This document shows positions 19,148 through 27,929 of a DNA stretch of 61,692 nucleotides, piece after piece (position 1 is the first letter of the stretch; the number at the start of each line of letters is the position of its first letter). Source of the DNA: Bacillota bacterium (GTDB lineage Bacteria; Bacillota; SHA-98; Ch115); the NCBI GenBank assembly GCA_012842565.1, contig DUSO01000165.1:1-61692 (forward strand), read 5' to 3'. The translations under genes and the position numbers were made by a program. The notes under the pieces are model-generated. The model saw only the letters and a list, made by a program, of their open reading frames with translations. It searched no databases and was not told the origin of the DNA.

Positions 19148-20284
19148 TCATAGGACGTAGGCAGGTCCCGGAATGAATGGGAATTTCTTGAACGCATCTA
19201 CGTTAAGCTCGATCCCGATTCCAGGCTTTTGAGGGATCTCAACAAAGCCATCTTGGATGTTCAACTGGCCAGGAGCCAGTTCGTACATGAGGGGGTTATC
19301 GGGTAATACGTCGAATTCGCAGATAAGACCGTTGGGGATCGATCCAAGAAGTTGTAAGCTTATAGCTGTTCCAATGGCGGTACCGAAAATGTGGGGCGCA
19401 CACGGGAGATTTGCCGCCTCCGCCATGGATGCTATCTTCTTGGCTTGAAGAATGCCACCGCATTTGCAGCAGTCTGGCTGGACAATGTCGAGGGCGCGGC
19501 TTCTTAAGGCCTGGTCAAAGCCGTAAATGGTATATACGTTTTCCCCGCCCGCAATGGACACGTCTACGTTGGCGGCAAGTTCCGCTAAGCCTTCAATATC
19601 TGTGTAGGGCAGAGGCTCTTCGATCCACAAAAGCCCCAAATCCTGGTAGGCTCTTGCCATGTCGAGCGCGACGCGCCGGGAATACCCGCCGTTGACATCT
19701 ACCATGATGTCTATGTCGCGTCCTACGGCATCTCTGACTGCGCTAACGCATTCCAGATCCTGTTTGGGGTTCCTACCCACTCTAAGTTTGAGGGCCTTAA
19801 AACCCTGTTGTACCAAAACCTTTGCCTCCTGTGCCAGTTGATCTGGATCTTTCCACCCCAATCCCAGGCCACCAGCGTATGCCTTGATCCGGTCGCGGTA
19901 CCCCCCAAGAAGTTTGTAGATGGGCGTCTTTAGGGCCTTCCCCACAACATCCCACAGGGCGATTTCAACACCCGACATTGCCATTACGGGAGCCCCGGTG
20001 TTCCCTAACATGCGGCAACCCTTATACATCTTGGCCCATATCTTCTCAACGTAAAAGGGATCCTCGCCTATGACCAGAGGTTTGAGGGTTTCCTGAATGA
20101 TCTCGGCAATTACTGTTGGAGATAGGGCATGATTAGATTCGCCATACCCGGTTATCCCTTCGTCGGTTTGAACTTCAACGACAACTGTGTCCCTCTTTAC
20201 CGAATAGCCAAGGCTCGACTTCCAGGCATATCTTGGGTCTATCGGGGCAGACAAGAGATGGACCTTCAAATCCACTACCTTCAT
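19148..20284 (-). CDS. Enolase-superfamily enzyme, mandelate racemase/muconate lactonizing family (paralog 1)
   Basis: ALKLRVG, DVNGGY, IEEP, GGEN, VQPD and APHIFG in canonical order. RBS GGAGGAGG. Confidence 0.88.
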   Translation of the reverse strand: MKVVDLKVHLLSAPIDPRYAWKSSLGYSVKRDTVVVEVQTDEGITGYGESNHALSPTVIAEIIQETLKPLVIGEDPFYVEKIWAKMYKGCRMLGNTGAPVMAMSGVEIALWDVVGKALKTPIYKLLGGYRDRIKAYAGGLGLGWKDPDQLAQEAKVLVQQGFKALKLRVGRNPKQDLECVSAVRDAVGRDIDIMVDVNGGYSRRVALDMARAYQDLGLLWIEEPLPYTDIEGLAELAANVDVSIAGGENVYTIYGFDQALRSRALDIVQPDCCKCGGILQAKKIASMAEAANLPCAPHIFGTAIGTAISLQLLGSIPNGLICEFDVLPDNPLMYELAPGQLNIQDGFVEIPQKPGIGIELNVDAFKKFPFIPGPAYVL

Positions 20285-20368
20285 TTCACCGTCGCCTCCT
20301 CCAGAATTAAGTATCTCAGGTGTTGGTCATGGGGTACCGGGCACACCCCGAAGATGCAGGAGATTATT

Positions 20369-21103
20369 CTATTCGCCTTTCGAGAGTGGAAGTATGTATC
20401 CAGATTCATCCAAGACATCTTCTGTCCAGTCCACCGCCTCCCTGTCCAGGACCAAATAAACACTATTCCGGGTGTCGGCGATATGGGCCACCATAGCACC
20501 TTCGGCCGCCGCACCATCTCGCGCCTTCAGGGCATCTAAGATGGCGCAATGCTGGCCGAAAGACGTTTCCGTGCGTTTTGGATCCAGGCTCGAGATCCTT
20601 CTGAGCCTTTCGATCTGATCGTTGAGGGAGCGGATAAAATTATAGAGCCTGCGATTTCGGGCGGCTTTTAGAATGGCATCATGTAGCTCCAGCCCGAAGT
20701 TGTAGAATTCCTGGTGGTCGGCAGCCGGGGATTTGAGTTCGAGTTCCTTCCGCTTTCTTTCAAGTTTTTCGAGTACCTCAGGCGAGATGAACTCAGCGGC
20801 AAGACGGCTCGCAGCGCCTTCCAGCACTTCCCTTAGCTGAAATATCTCTCTGATATCGTTTAGAGATAGCCTCGTAACGAAGGCACCTCGATTAGGGATA
20901 ACCTGCACCAGCCCTTCTAACTGCAGCTTGCGCAGGGCCTCTCGGATGGGGGTGCGGCTCATGTCGAGCCGGGCGGCGATGAGTTCTTCTGAAAGTGCTT
21001 CTCCGGGCTTAAACTGGTTGGCGATGATGGCGTTCTTTATATAGAGATACGCCTTTTCAGATAGCGATCTATTCCTCGTTTTAGGGGAACCAGTAGCCTC
21101 CAT
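20369..21103 (-). CDS. GntR-family transcriptional regulator (FadR/FCD subfamily)
   Basis: N-terminal wHTH ...GEALSEELIAARLDMSRTPIREALRKLQLEGLV... followed by an all-helical FCD-type C-domain. Confidence 0.9.
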   Translation of the reverse strand: MEATGSPKTRNRSLSEKAYLYIKNAIIANQFKPGEALSEELIAARLDMSRTPIREALRKLQLEGLVQVIPNRGAFVTRLSLNDIREIFQLREVLEGAASRLAAEFISPEVLEKLERKRKELELKSPAADHQEFYNFGLELHDAILKAARNRRLYNFIRSLNDQIERLRRISSLDPKRTETSFGQHCAILDALKARDGAAAEGAMVAHIADTRNSVYLVLDREAVDWTEDVLDESGYILPLSKGE

Positions 21104-21131
21104 ACTATCAAATCACCCCGGGTATAGACAT

Positions 21132-21159
21132 CATGAAGGAATGACCATGAAGGAATGAC
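21132..21159. repeat. Perfect 14-bp tandem duplication in the divergent control region
   Basis: CATGAAGGAATGAC x2 (21132-21145 and 21146-21159). It is followed by ATTGTATTTC x2 (21171-21180 and 21182-21191). Confidence 0.7.
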
Positions 21160-21204
21160 GGTCGGGAATAATTGTATTTCCATTGTATTTCGATCGTATT
21201 TTGG

Positions 21205-21214
21205 TTGTATACAA
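21205..21214. promoter_or_regulatory. Candidate GntR/FadR-type operator (perfect palindrome)
   Basis: TTGTATACAA, a 10-bp perfect palindrome with the GT...AC core expected for FadR-subfamily operators. It lies between the divergent gntR and the permease gene. Confidence 0.35.
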
Positions 21215-21507
21215 TTTTATTCGATATGGTTACCCAAAATCCTTCCTGCCTTCTTAATTCCGAGATGAATTTTGTAGATTTGTTCCCCCCGCTTGTGGCC
21301 TAAGACCCGGTGGAGACCGATGCGGAGACCACGACGGCTTCATTGCTCGGGGGAGAACGCTGGTTCACCCCAAAAGCAGGAGCTTCCGCCTTTTTGCTGA
21401 AACAATATTGTACTGGTGGCATTGACAAGATCCAGGGCGTCGGTCGGTGCGGGGGGATAGGTGAGTTGGTTTGTCTGCACTGGTGTCAGAGTCTTCGAGT
21501 CATCCTT

Positions 21508-22977
21508 ATGGGCCTGCTGGTGACGTCCAATATTCTACACGTGTTTACGGGCCTGGGCTTTTTTGCTGCACTCACTGCTGCCCTGGCCGCAATCAATCTC
21601 GCGATGTGTTACCCTGACCTTAGGCCGGATACCAAGGCAATGACAGGCCTCCTGTTTGGATTCGCCGCTGCGACGTTTCTGGTTACCGGAGCCCCACTCA
21701 TGGCGTGGGTGGAAGGGCTCATAGAGATGGTCGGGATTATTGGCTTTATAATTGTCTGTCGCTTTCTTGCGTTGCCGCTCCGGATAAGCCGCTATGACAG
21801 GTTCTTGAGGGAGATCTTTCTTGCACGTAAACCAAACCCGTCAACCCTTTACCGGCTGTCCATGCTGGCTACGTATGCATTGGGAACGTTCGTCATTTTC
21901 GGATCCCTCCCCATCATCTACAACATCCTGGACGGCATCTGTGAATGGGGAAAGAAATCGAAACAGCTCATAGGGACGGCAATGACGCGAGGTTATGCGA
22001 GTCTCCTCCTCTGGGCGCCTGCTTCGGTCATGGTTGTAACGTCTCTTAAGGTGACAGGTGCCACCTGGTTCGGAATTGCTCCTGTGGGCTTTGGCGTGAG
22101 CCTTGCTATGCTAGCCTTGGGGCTGGTTATGAGGCCTTTCAGGGATAGAGGCTCATTTCAGGACGCACCTCTCGTGTCGTTGAGGGCGGAGGGATGCTCA
22201 AGTGGTCACCGGGACCGGACCGGTGGCAGCCAGTGGGGAGACAGCCGAGGAGGCAGTAGCGAGGGCGGGGACGGCCGGACAGGCGACAATGGAGTGGGTG
22301 GTTCGTCGATCTCGCTATGTATCGCCTTTGCCGCACTGGTCGTCATATTCGTAGCCTTTCAATCCTTCACAACCATGGGTCCGATCTACACAATGACTGT
22401 AATAGCGATTCCTTTTTCCGTTGCGTGGATTGCCATCACGTCAGGTATAAAGGAGTTGCGGCGGGTGTTTATTCCTTCTCTTGCCGATAGCCTGGGCGCC
22501 TCATCAGCACAAAGTGCGCTACTGATCTCCGTCGGGTTGGCCACTAGAGCGCTCGATGAAACAGGGCTCAGTACCTGGCTTTCCCGTACGGTTTCCTACT
22601 TGATGCCCAGGCTCGGCATGGTGGGCGTAATCTTCTGCATAGCTGCTGCGATATTATTCCTCGGGATGATGGGAATATATCCCTTGTTTTCGATTGTCGC
22701 CATCGGCAAGGGACTTGCCGCTGCAAGGGGGGGACTGGCCATGGCAGCTCCAGGGGCTGCTCTATCCGTCATTCCGGCGGAGACACTGGCTCTCTCCTTG
22801 ATCCTGGGCGGGTCGGTTTCATATATTGTCTGCCCTATTACTGCTACCACCCTCGTGATCTCAAGCTTTTTCGATGTGAGCCCGTTGGAGGCCGGGATCA
22901 GGTGGAATACGGCCTATGCCTGGGCGTATGTCAGTCTGGGGGCGGTTTTCATCTATGTCTTGGGCCGGCTGCTGTGA
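21508..22977 (+). CDS. Integral membrane protein, putative two-lobed permease of unknown family
   Basis: Two hydrophobic multi-TM halves separated by a hydrophilic loop (SGHRDRTGGSQWGDSRGGSSEGGDGRTGDNGVGGSS). The start is uncertain: GTG 21310, TTG 21466 or ATG 21508. Confidence 0.6.
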   Translation: MGLLVTSNILHVFTGLGFFAALTAALAAINLAMCYPDLRPDTKAMTGLLFGFAAATFLVTGAPLMAWVEGLIEMVGIIGFIIVCRFLALPLRISRYDRFLREIFLARKPNPSTLYRLSMLATYALGTFVIFGSLPIIYNILDGICEWGKKSKQLIGTAMTRGYASLLLWAPASVMVVTSLKVTGATWFGIAPVGFGVSLAMLALGLVMRPFRDRGSFQDAPLVSLRAEGCSSGHRDRTGGSQWGDSRGGSSEGGDGRTGDNGVGGSSISLCIAFAALVVIFVAFQSFTTMGPIYTMTVIAIPFSVAWIAITSGIKELRRVFIPSLADSLGASSAQSALLISVGLATRALDETGLSTWLSRTVSYLMPRLGMVGVIFCIAAAILFLGMMGIYPLFSIVAIGKGLAAARGGLAMAAPGAALSVIPAETLALSLILGGSVSYIVCPITATTLVISSFFDVSPLEAGIRWNTAYAWAYVSLGAVFIYVLGRLL

Positions 22978-23082
22978 TCTCTTCACACTTTCGCTCCAGC
23001 GTTTGGTGCTCCTTTGCGATGTACTCATTGATGTACTCGTAGAAAGATTCAATCGTGGCATGGATTCCGGGAGGGCTGCTGT

Positions 23083-24003
23083 ATGGACATAAGCGTCGTG
23101 GGAGTAGGTCATTCTTGCATAGATTATGTGGGACTTGTGAACAGAATCCCGGCTGCCGATGAGAGGGCAATCATAAAGCAGCTCACCTGCCAGGTCGGAG
23201 GATTGGTCGCCACGGCCCTTGCGGCTCTTGCGCGCCTCGGCGTAAAGGTTGGTTTCGTGGGCAAGGTTGGCGATGATGCGCTGGGCCAGATGATCCTGAA
23301 GGAATTCACAAGGGAAGGCATTGACATTAGCAGAGTAGTGGTAGAAAAGGGGGCAAGTTCTTCGGCAAGCCTTGTCTTGACGGAGGAGGGGACCGGCAGG
23401 AGAACCATAGGATCCTACAGGGCCTTTGAAGATTTGAGTGAAGATGAGATGGACCGGGACTACATAACCAGCGGGAAGTTTGTTCACGTGGACGGGAGGT
23501 TTCCCAAGGCCTCTCTACTGGCTGCACGGTGGGCAAGAGAAAAGGGGCTTGAAGTCACATTCGACTGCGACCAGATAAGTCCACATGTTGAGGAGACAAT
23601 ACGATTTACTGACTATCTTATAGCTGACGAGGCATTCCCGGCGGATTTCACCGGTCATGAGGATGTGGTAGAGGCGGCGACGGCCTTGTTGAGGCTGGGG
23701 CCTAAGGCTGTGGTTGTTACCCTGGGACGGAAGGGCTGCGTCGCGGTAACTGCGCAGGGCATCATAAGGCAGCCCGCCTTTGAGGTCAAGGCTGTGAATA
23801 CCCTCGGAGCCGGGGATGTATTTCACGGGGCCTTTCTGTATGGCCTCCTTCAGGGATGGGGACTGGAGGATAACCTGAGGTTTGCCAGTCTCGTGGCTGC
23901 GATAAAGTGCACGCGCCTGGGAGGGTGGTCGAGCTTGCCGACCCTGAACGAGGTCAAGGATTTTGTCAGTGAGGCAGGGATTTCATTCCCTTTGTTGGCT
24001 TAA
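23083..24003 (+). CDS. PfkB-family carbohydrate kinase (ribokinase-like)
   Basis: N-terminal GGLVATALAALARLG motif and C-terminal NTLGAGDVFHGAF anion-hole/catalytic Asp motif. RBS GGAGGG. Confidence 0.88.
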   Translation: MDISVVGVGHSCIDYVGLVNRIPAADERAIIKQLTCQVGGLVATALAALARLGVKVGFVGKVGDDALGQMILKEFTREGIDISRVVVEKGASSSASLVLTEEGTGRRTIGSYRAFEDLSEDEMDRDYITSGKFVHVDGRFPKASLLAARWAREKGLEVTFDCDQISPHVEETIRFTDYLIADEAFPADFTGHEDVVEAATALLRLGPKAVVVTLGRKGCVAVTAQGIIRQPAFEVKAVNTLGAGDVFHGAFLYGLLQGWGLEDNLRFASLVAAIKCTRLGGWSSLPTLNEVKDFVSEAGISFPLLA

Positions 24004-24270
24004 GTGGCGAGGATGCAAGGATCTCCTTTCTTTGAGAGGATCCACGGCGTGGATTTACATTGAAGGATTCCGCGGTTGAGGAGTATGCCAGTAATACGTT
24101 GGGATCATAATTGCCTGGCTGCTCCTCACCGAATGTAGTCTACAATGTAACTGGAAAGAGGCTCATCGTAGCGCTTGATCTGTTTCACTTCCGGTCATCG
24201 GTGCCGCTTATATTCCTCCTTGAATTCACACTTACGCTAAAAGTGCGTCGTGTATTTTCATAGTTCGATA

Positions 24271-24302
24271 GTGCCGACGAGGGCCGGCACTTTATAAATT
24301 TT
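24271..24302 (+). terminator. Orphan terminator-like hairpin in the pfkB-mmsA spacer
   Basis: GTGCCG-ACGAGGGC-CGGCAC followed by TTTATAAATTTT. It lies 270 nt beyond the pfkB stop. Confidence 0.4.
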
Positions 24303-24327
24303 CTCACGCCTGGAAGGAATGTCAAGG

Positions 24328-24380
24328 TCTATATAGAATTATACATTTATCAGAAATGGATACTTGGTTTCTATATAGAA
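24328..24380. promoter_or_regulatory. Two copies of a TCTATATAGA palindrome, candidate operator pair upstream of mmsA
   Basis: TCTATATAGAA (24328-24338) and TTCTATATAGAA (24369-24380), about 41 bp centre to centre, roughly 140-190 nt upstream of the mmsA GTG. Confidence 0.4.
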
Positions 24381-24513
24381 ACTAAGTGGACAGAATTTGG
24401 ACGTGCCATGGTATAGCTGTGAGGCGCTGAGGGACGGGGTACGCTTCATACTTTCCAAGCCGGACCGGAAAGCCCGGGAGTTTCAGGAGGTTTTGTGAGG
24501 GGGGTTCGTAGCT

Positions 24514-25995
24514 GTGTCGCATTTGCCCGAAGTCAAGGAACACTATGGAATCTTGAAGAATTACATCGAAGGCAAGTGGGTGGATTCTGCTTCGGATAAG
24601 ACTGAGGCCGTGATAAACCCCGCAACAGGCAAGGAGATCGCCAGGGTGCCCATGTCCACCCGCAAGGAAGTGGATGATGCGGTCGCTGCGGCCAAGGAGG
24701 CGTGGTGGTCCTGGAGGGAGACTCCGCCGGTCACCAGGGCCAGGATGATGTTCGCCGTGAAGGAGCTCCTCGAGCAGCACTTCGAGGAAATCGCACGCAT
24801 CATGGTGCAGGAAAACGGCAAGACCATTGACGAGGCTCGTGGTGAGACGAGACGTGCGATCGAGAATGTTGAGGTAGCCTCCGGGATCACGACTCTTCAG
24901 ATGGGCTATTCTCTGGAAGATGGGGCCGGCTCCGGTATCGACGAGGAAGCCATCCGGCAACCCCTCGGCGTATTTGCCTGCATCGCCCCGTTCAATTTCC
25001 CCGCCATGATCCCCTTCTGGTTCTGGCCATACGCTGTTGCGTGCGGGAATACTTACGTAATCAAGCCCTCCAGGCAGGTACCATGCACGATGCAATATAT
25101 CCTCGAACTGATTGACAGGGTCGGATTCCCGCCCGGGGTTATTAACCTCATAAACGGTAGCCATGATGTAGCCGATGCGCTGATGGAGCACCCTGACATC
25201 AAGGGGATATCCTTTGTCGGCTCTACCCCTGTGGCCCGTCATGTGTACAAGACATGTGCCCAATATGGCAAGCGGGTCCAGGCCCAGGGAGGGGCAAAGA
25301 ATTGTCTTGTGGTAATGTCTGATGCCGTCTTGCCCCAGGCTGTCTCGAACATGCTCTCATCGTGCTTTGGGTGTGCAGGCCAGAGGTGTCTTGCAGGATC
25401 GAACCTCCTAATCATGGAGGACATATATGACGAGTTCAAGGAGAGATTCATCGCGAGGGCGAAGAACATCAAGGTCGGCTATGGCCTTGACGAGAGCGTC
25501 AACATGGGGCCCGTGATCTCTGCAAAAGCTCGTGCCAAGATACTTGACTATATTGAAAAGGCGATATCCGAGGGCGGGCGGCTCTTGCTGGACGGGCGGG
25601 ATATCAAGGTTGAAGGGTATCCGGATGGTTTCTTCATTGGTCCCACAGTATTCGAGAATGTAACGCCGGATATGACCATTGCCAAAGAAGAGGTTTTCGG
25701 TCCCGTTGTCTCGCTGATGAAGATAAGTAGCCTTGACGAGGCTATCGATATCATCCATTCGAGCCCGTTCGGCAACGCAGCTTCTATCTATACGCAGAGC
25801 GGGAAGATAGCAAGGGAATTCAAGTACCGTGTCCAGGCGGGGAATATCGGCATAAACCTCGGGATCGCGGCCCCGATGGCATACTTCCCGTTTGCGGGCT
25901 ATAAGGACTCGTTCTTTGGGGATCTCCATGGCCAGGGGATGGATGCCATCAACTTCTTCACGGATAGAAAGGTAGTGATCACCAGGTGGATATAA
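24514..25995 (+). CDS. mmsA: CoA-acylating methylmalonate-semialdehyde dehydrogenase
   Basis: N-terminus LKNYIEGKWVDS...INPATGKEIARVP. Catalytic region GQRCLA. C-terminal ..FPFAGYKDSFFGDLHGQGMDAINFFTDRKVVITRW is typical of MMSDH/IolA. GTG start after GAGGGGGG. Confidence 0.92.
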   Translation: MSHLPEVKEHYGILKNYIEGKWVDSASDKTEAVINPATGKEIARVPMSTRKEVDDAVAAAKEAWWSWRETPPVTRARMMFAVKELLEQHFEEIARIMVQENGKTIDEARGETRRAIENVEVASGITTLQMGYSLEDGAGSGIDEEAIRQPLGVFACIAPFNFPAMIPFWFWPYAVACGNTYVIKPSRQVPCTMQYILELIDRVGFPPGVINLINGSHDVADALMEHPDIKGISFVGSTPVARHVYKTCAQYGKRVQAQGGAKNCLVVMSDAVLPQAVSNMLSSCFGCAGQRCLAGSNLLIMEDIYDEFKERFIARAKNIKVGYGLDESVNMGPVISAKARAKILDYIEKAISEGGRLLLDGRDIKVEGYPDGFFIGPTVFENVTPDMTIAKEEVFGPVVSLMKISSLDEAIDIIHSSPFGNAASIYTQSGKIAREFKYRVQAGNIGINLGIAAPMAYFPFAGYKDSFFGDLHGQGMDAINFFTDRKVVITRWI

Positions 25996-26492
25996 AGCCC
26001 TTGCCGGTTCCCGAGCTCACAACCTTTGGCGCCCTTATAAGGCATGCGCTCGCCCTCGAGGAGTTTGCTGTAGAGCTTTATAAGGGGCTAGAGCAGAGCT
26101 ATCAGGGCAATGCGGATCTATCCAGGGTCTTTGCCGACCTGGCGGCCCAACACGGAGCTAGACAGAAGCTCCTGGAGCGCACCCGGAGGGAGAAGCTCAG
26201 CGAGATGATCCTCGAGCCCATAGAGGGGCTGGACGGCCGGCTCTATGTTCCCAAGGTTCATGTGACCGGAGCACCTGGCGCCGCGATCCAACATGGGGAG
26301 ACTGCACCTGATAGTGAGACAGCCCTCGCTGGGAAAGGAGGGATAGCCTTTGCCAGGGAGCTCGAAGGAATTTGCGCCAGGTTTTATTTAGACTCCGCCC
26401 GGGCTGCCCGGATGGTGCTGGCCGAGGTAAGTAAGGTGTTTGAGCGGCTGGCGGAGGACAACAGGAAGAACAGCGACATGATTGGGGGATGA
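25986..26492 (+). CDS. Hypothetical helical protein (possibly ferritin-like/four-helix bundle)
   Basis: 168-aa ORF with a GTG start overlapping the mmsA stop by 10 nt. I recognised no motifs. Coding is inferred from its position and length. Confidence 0.5.
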   Translation: MDIKPLPVPELTTFGALIRHALALEEFAVELYKGLEQSYQGNADLSRVFADLAAQHGARQKLLERTRREKLSEMILEPIEGLDGRLYVPKVHVTGAPGAAIQHGETAPDSETALAGKGGIAFARELEGICARFYLDSARAARMVLAEVSKVFERLAEDNRKNSDMIGG

Positions 26493-26537
26493 TTGGAAAA
26501 TGCGTACTAAGGTGGAGTTGGTCGCAAGTCGAGGCCG

Positions 26538-27317
26538 GTGTCCAGTATGGCTTTAAGTGATAACAAGTATGCTGTCCGCTCCGTCAAGAGGGCCTTCGAG
26601 ATCCTCGAGGCCCTCCGGGATGACCGGGAATTACGACTGATAGACATCAGTCGGAAACTGGGCATTCCAAAGGGTATGGTTTTCAAGCTCCTCGAGACCC
26701 TGGGTTCGCTGGGCTACGTGAAGAAGAATCAGGATACGGGGCGTTACCGGCTCGGGATAAGGTTGTTTGAGCTTGGCTCGAGCGCATTGAGTTACATCAA
26801 AGAGAGAGAAGAACTCCATAGCATACTTCAGGCCCTGGTTGATGAGACCAACGAGACGGCTCACTTCGCGGTGCTCCAGGGTGGAGAGGTTCTCTATCTT
26901 GATAAAGTGGAGAGCCGGGCAAGCCTGAGAATGGTGACTGCGATCGGCCTGAGGAGACCTGCTTACTGTACCGGCACTGGAAAGGCACTCTTGGCCTGGC
27001 AACCAGAAGACTTTGTCCGGCGTATTATGAACGGCAGTGTCACTCGATTTACGCCAAATACCATCACAGATGTCGATTCCCTTTTGAAGGAGCTGGCCCT
27101 TGTAAGGGAGAGGGGATACGCAGTTGACAACGAAGAAAATGAACCCGGTATTATCTGCATAGGAACCCCGGTCCGCAATCATGAGGGTAGCGTGGTCGCA
27201 GCGATCAGCCTGGCCGGGCCTAGTATTCGTATAGGCCCGGAGATCGTTCCAGTGCTTGCCAAGAGAGTGATTGAGACAGCGCAGGTCATCCGGGATAGGC
27301 TTGGATATATACTGTAG
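26538..27317 (+). CDS. IclR-family transcriptional regulator
   Basis: N-terminal wHTH (VKRAFEILEAL...LRLIDISRKLGIPKGMVFKLLETLGSLGYV) plus a C-terminal IclR effector domain (..GIICIGTPVRNHEGSVVAAISLAGP..). Confidence 0.9.
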   Translation: MSSMALSDNKYAVRSVKRAFEILEALRDDRELRLIDISRKLGIPKGMVFKLLETLGSLGYVKKNQDTGRYRLGIRLFELGSSALSYIKEREELHSILQALVDETNETAHFAVLQGGEVLYLDKVESRASLRMVTAIGLRRPAYCTGTGKALLAWQPEDFVRRIMNGSVTRFTPNTITDVDSLLKELALVRERGYAVDNEENEPGIICIGTPVRNHEGSVVAAISLAGPSIRIGPEIVPVLAKRVIETAQVIRDRLGYIL

Positions 27318-27929
27318 CTTTTCCCAAAAATAAGGCGCCAATTCCATCCAACATGATTTTCATGAGCGGTGGTGGCGACGAGTCATGGCGAGTGTCTACT
27401 CTTAAAACCGCGTCGCAGGTTTTCATGCTTCGATGACGCTGGCCGGAGGCCCGCGTGGAGATTATCATAGGATTTGTCCGATGCCTATTATCCAGTGCCA
27501 GACCCTATCTATAACGCCATCAATACGCCATTGATCCTCTTCAAATTCAGATTCCCCAAAAGAGGACTTCCGTCTTCCCCGGCGAAATCCATACTGGCCC
27601 CAGATGTGGTAGAGTGCCCCTAATGCAACGGGGTCGCTATGAAGGCTGGGGTATCACTTTGCCTGCCGGCCGGTAGAATCACATCCGTATTGAGGCCGGG
27701 GCCAGGATGAGCTCCACTTTCTCGAGGTATAGTTATGGCGACCTCGCCGTAGCACACGATGATAGAATCTCTCCACATTGTTCTGAGAAATGGATTGTGA
27801 GTATGGCCACGGGTAACGAATACTATGAGTGGGATGCATGGGATGTCTGTGCCCACCGGGCCTGATGCAAGATCGGGGATGGGAGCCTGTTCCGTGGCCT
27901 AAAAGGGGTTCTGACGGGGGGTAGAATAT

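Noticed and set aside
22861-23487. 208-aa minus-strand ORF spanning the permease/pfkB junction
   Set aside because: It overlaps two well-supported plus-strand genes and has no motifs or RBS.
24382-25263. 293-aa ORF on the minus strand
   Set aside because: It is fully antisense to the well-supported mmsA gene, I recognised no motifs in it, and its composition is typical of shadow ORFs in GC-rich coding DNA.
27620-27856. 78-aa minus-strand ORF with ..VTRGHTHNP.., reminiscent of the C-terminal part of a YfcE/MJ0936-type metallophosphoesterase
   Set aside because: Only one motif (GHTH) is recognisable, the expected NPGS motif is not, and the N-terminal half would have to lie under the glmU promoter and start. 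It may be a gene remnant in the otherwise unexplained 27318-27929 spacer, but the evidence is too weak to annotate.
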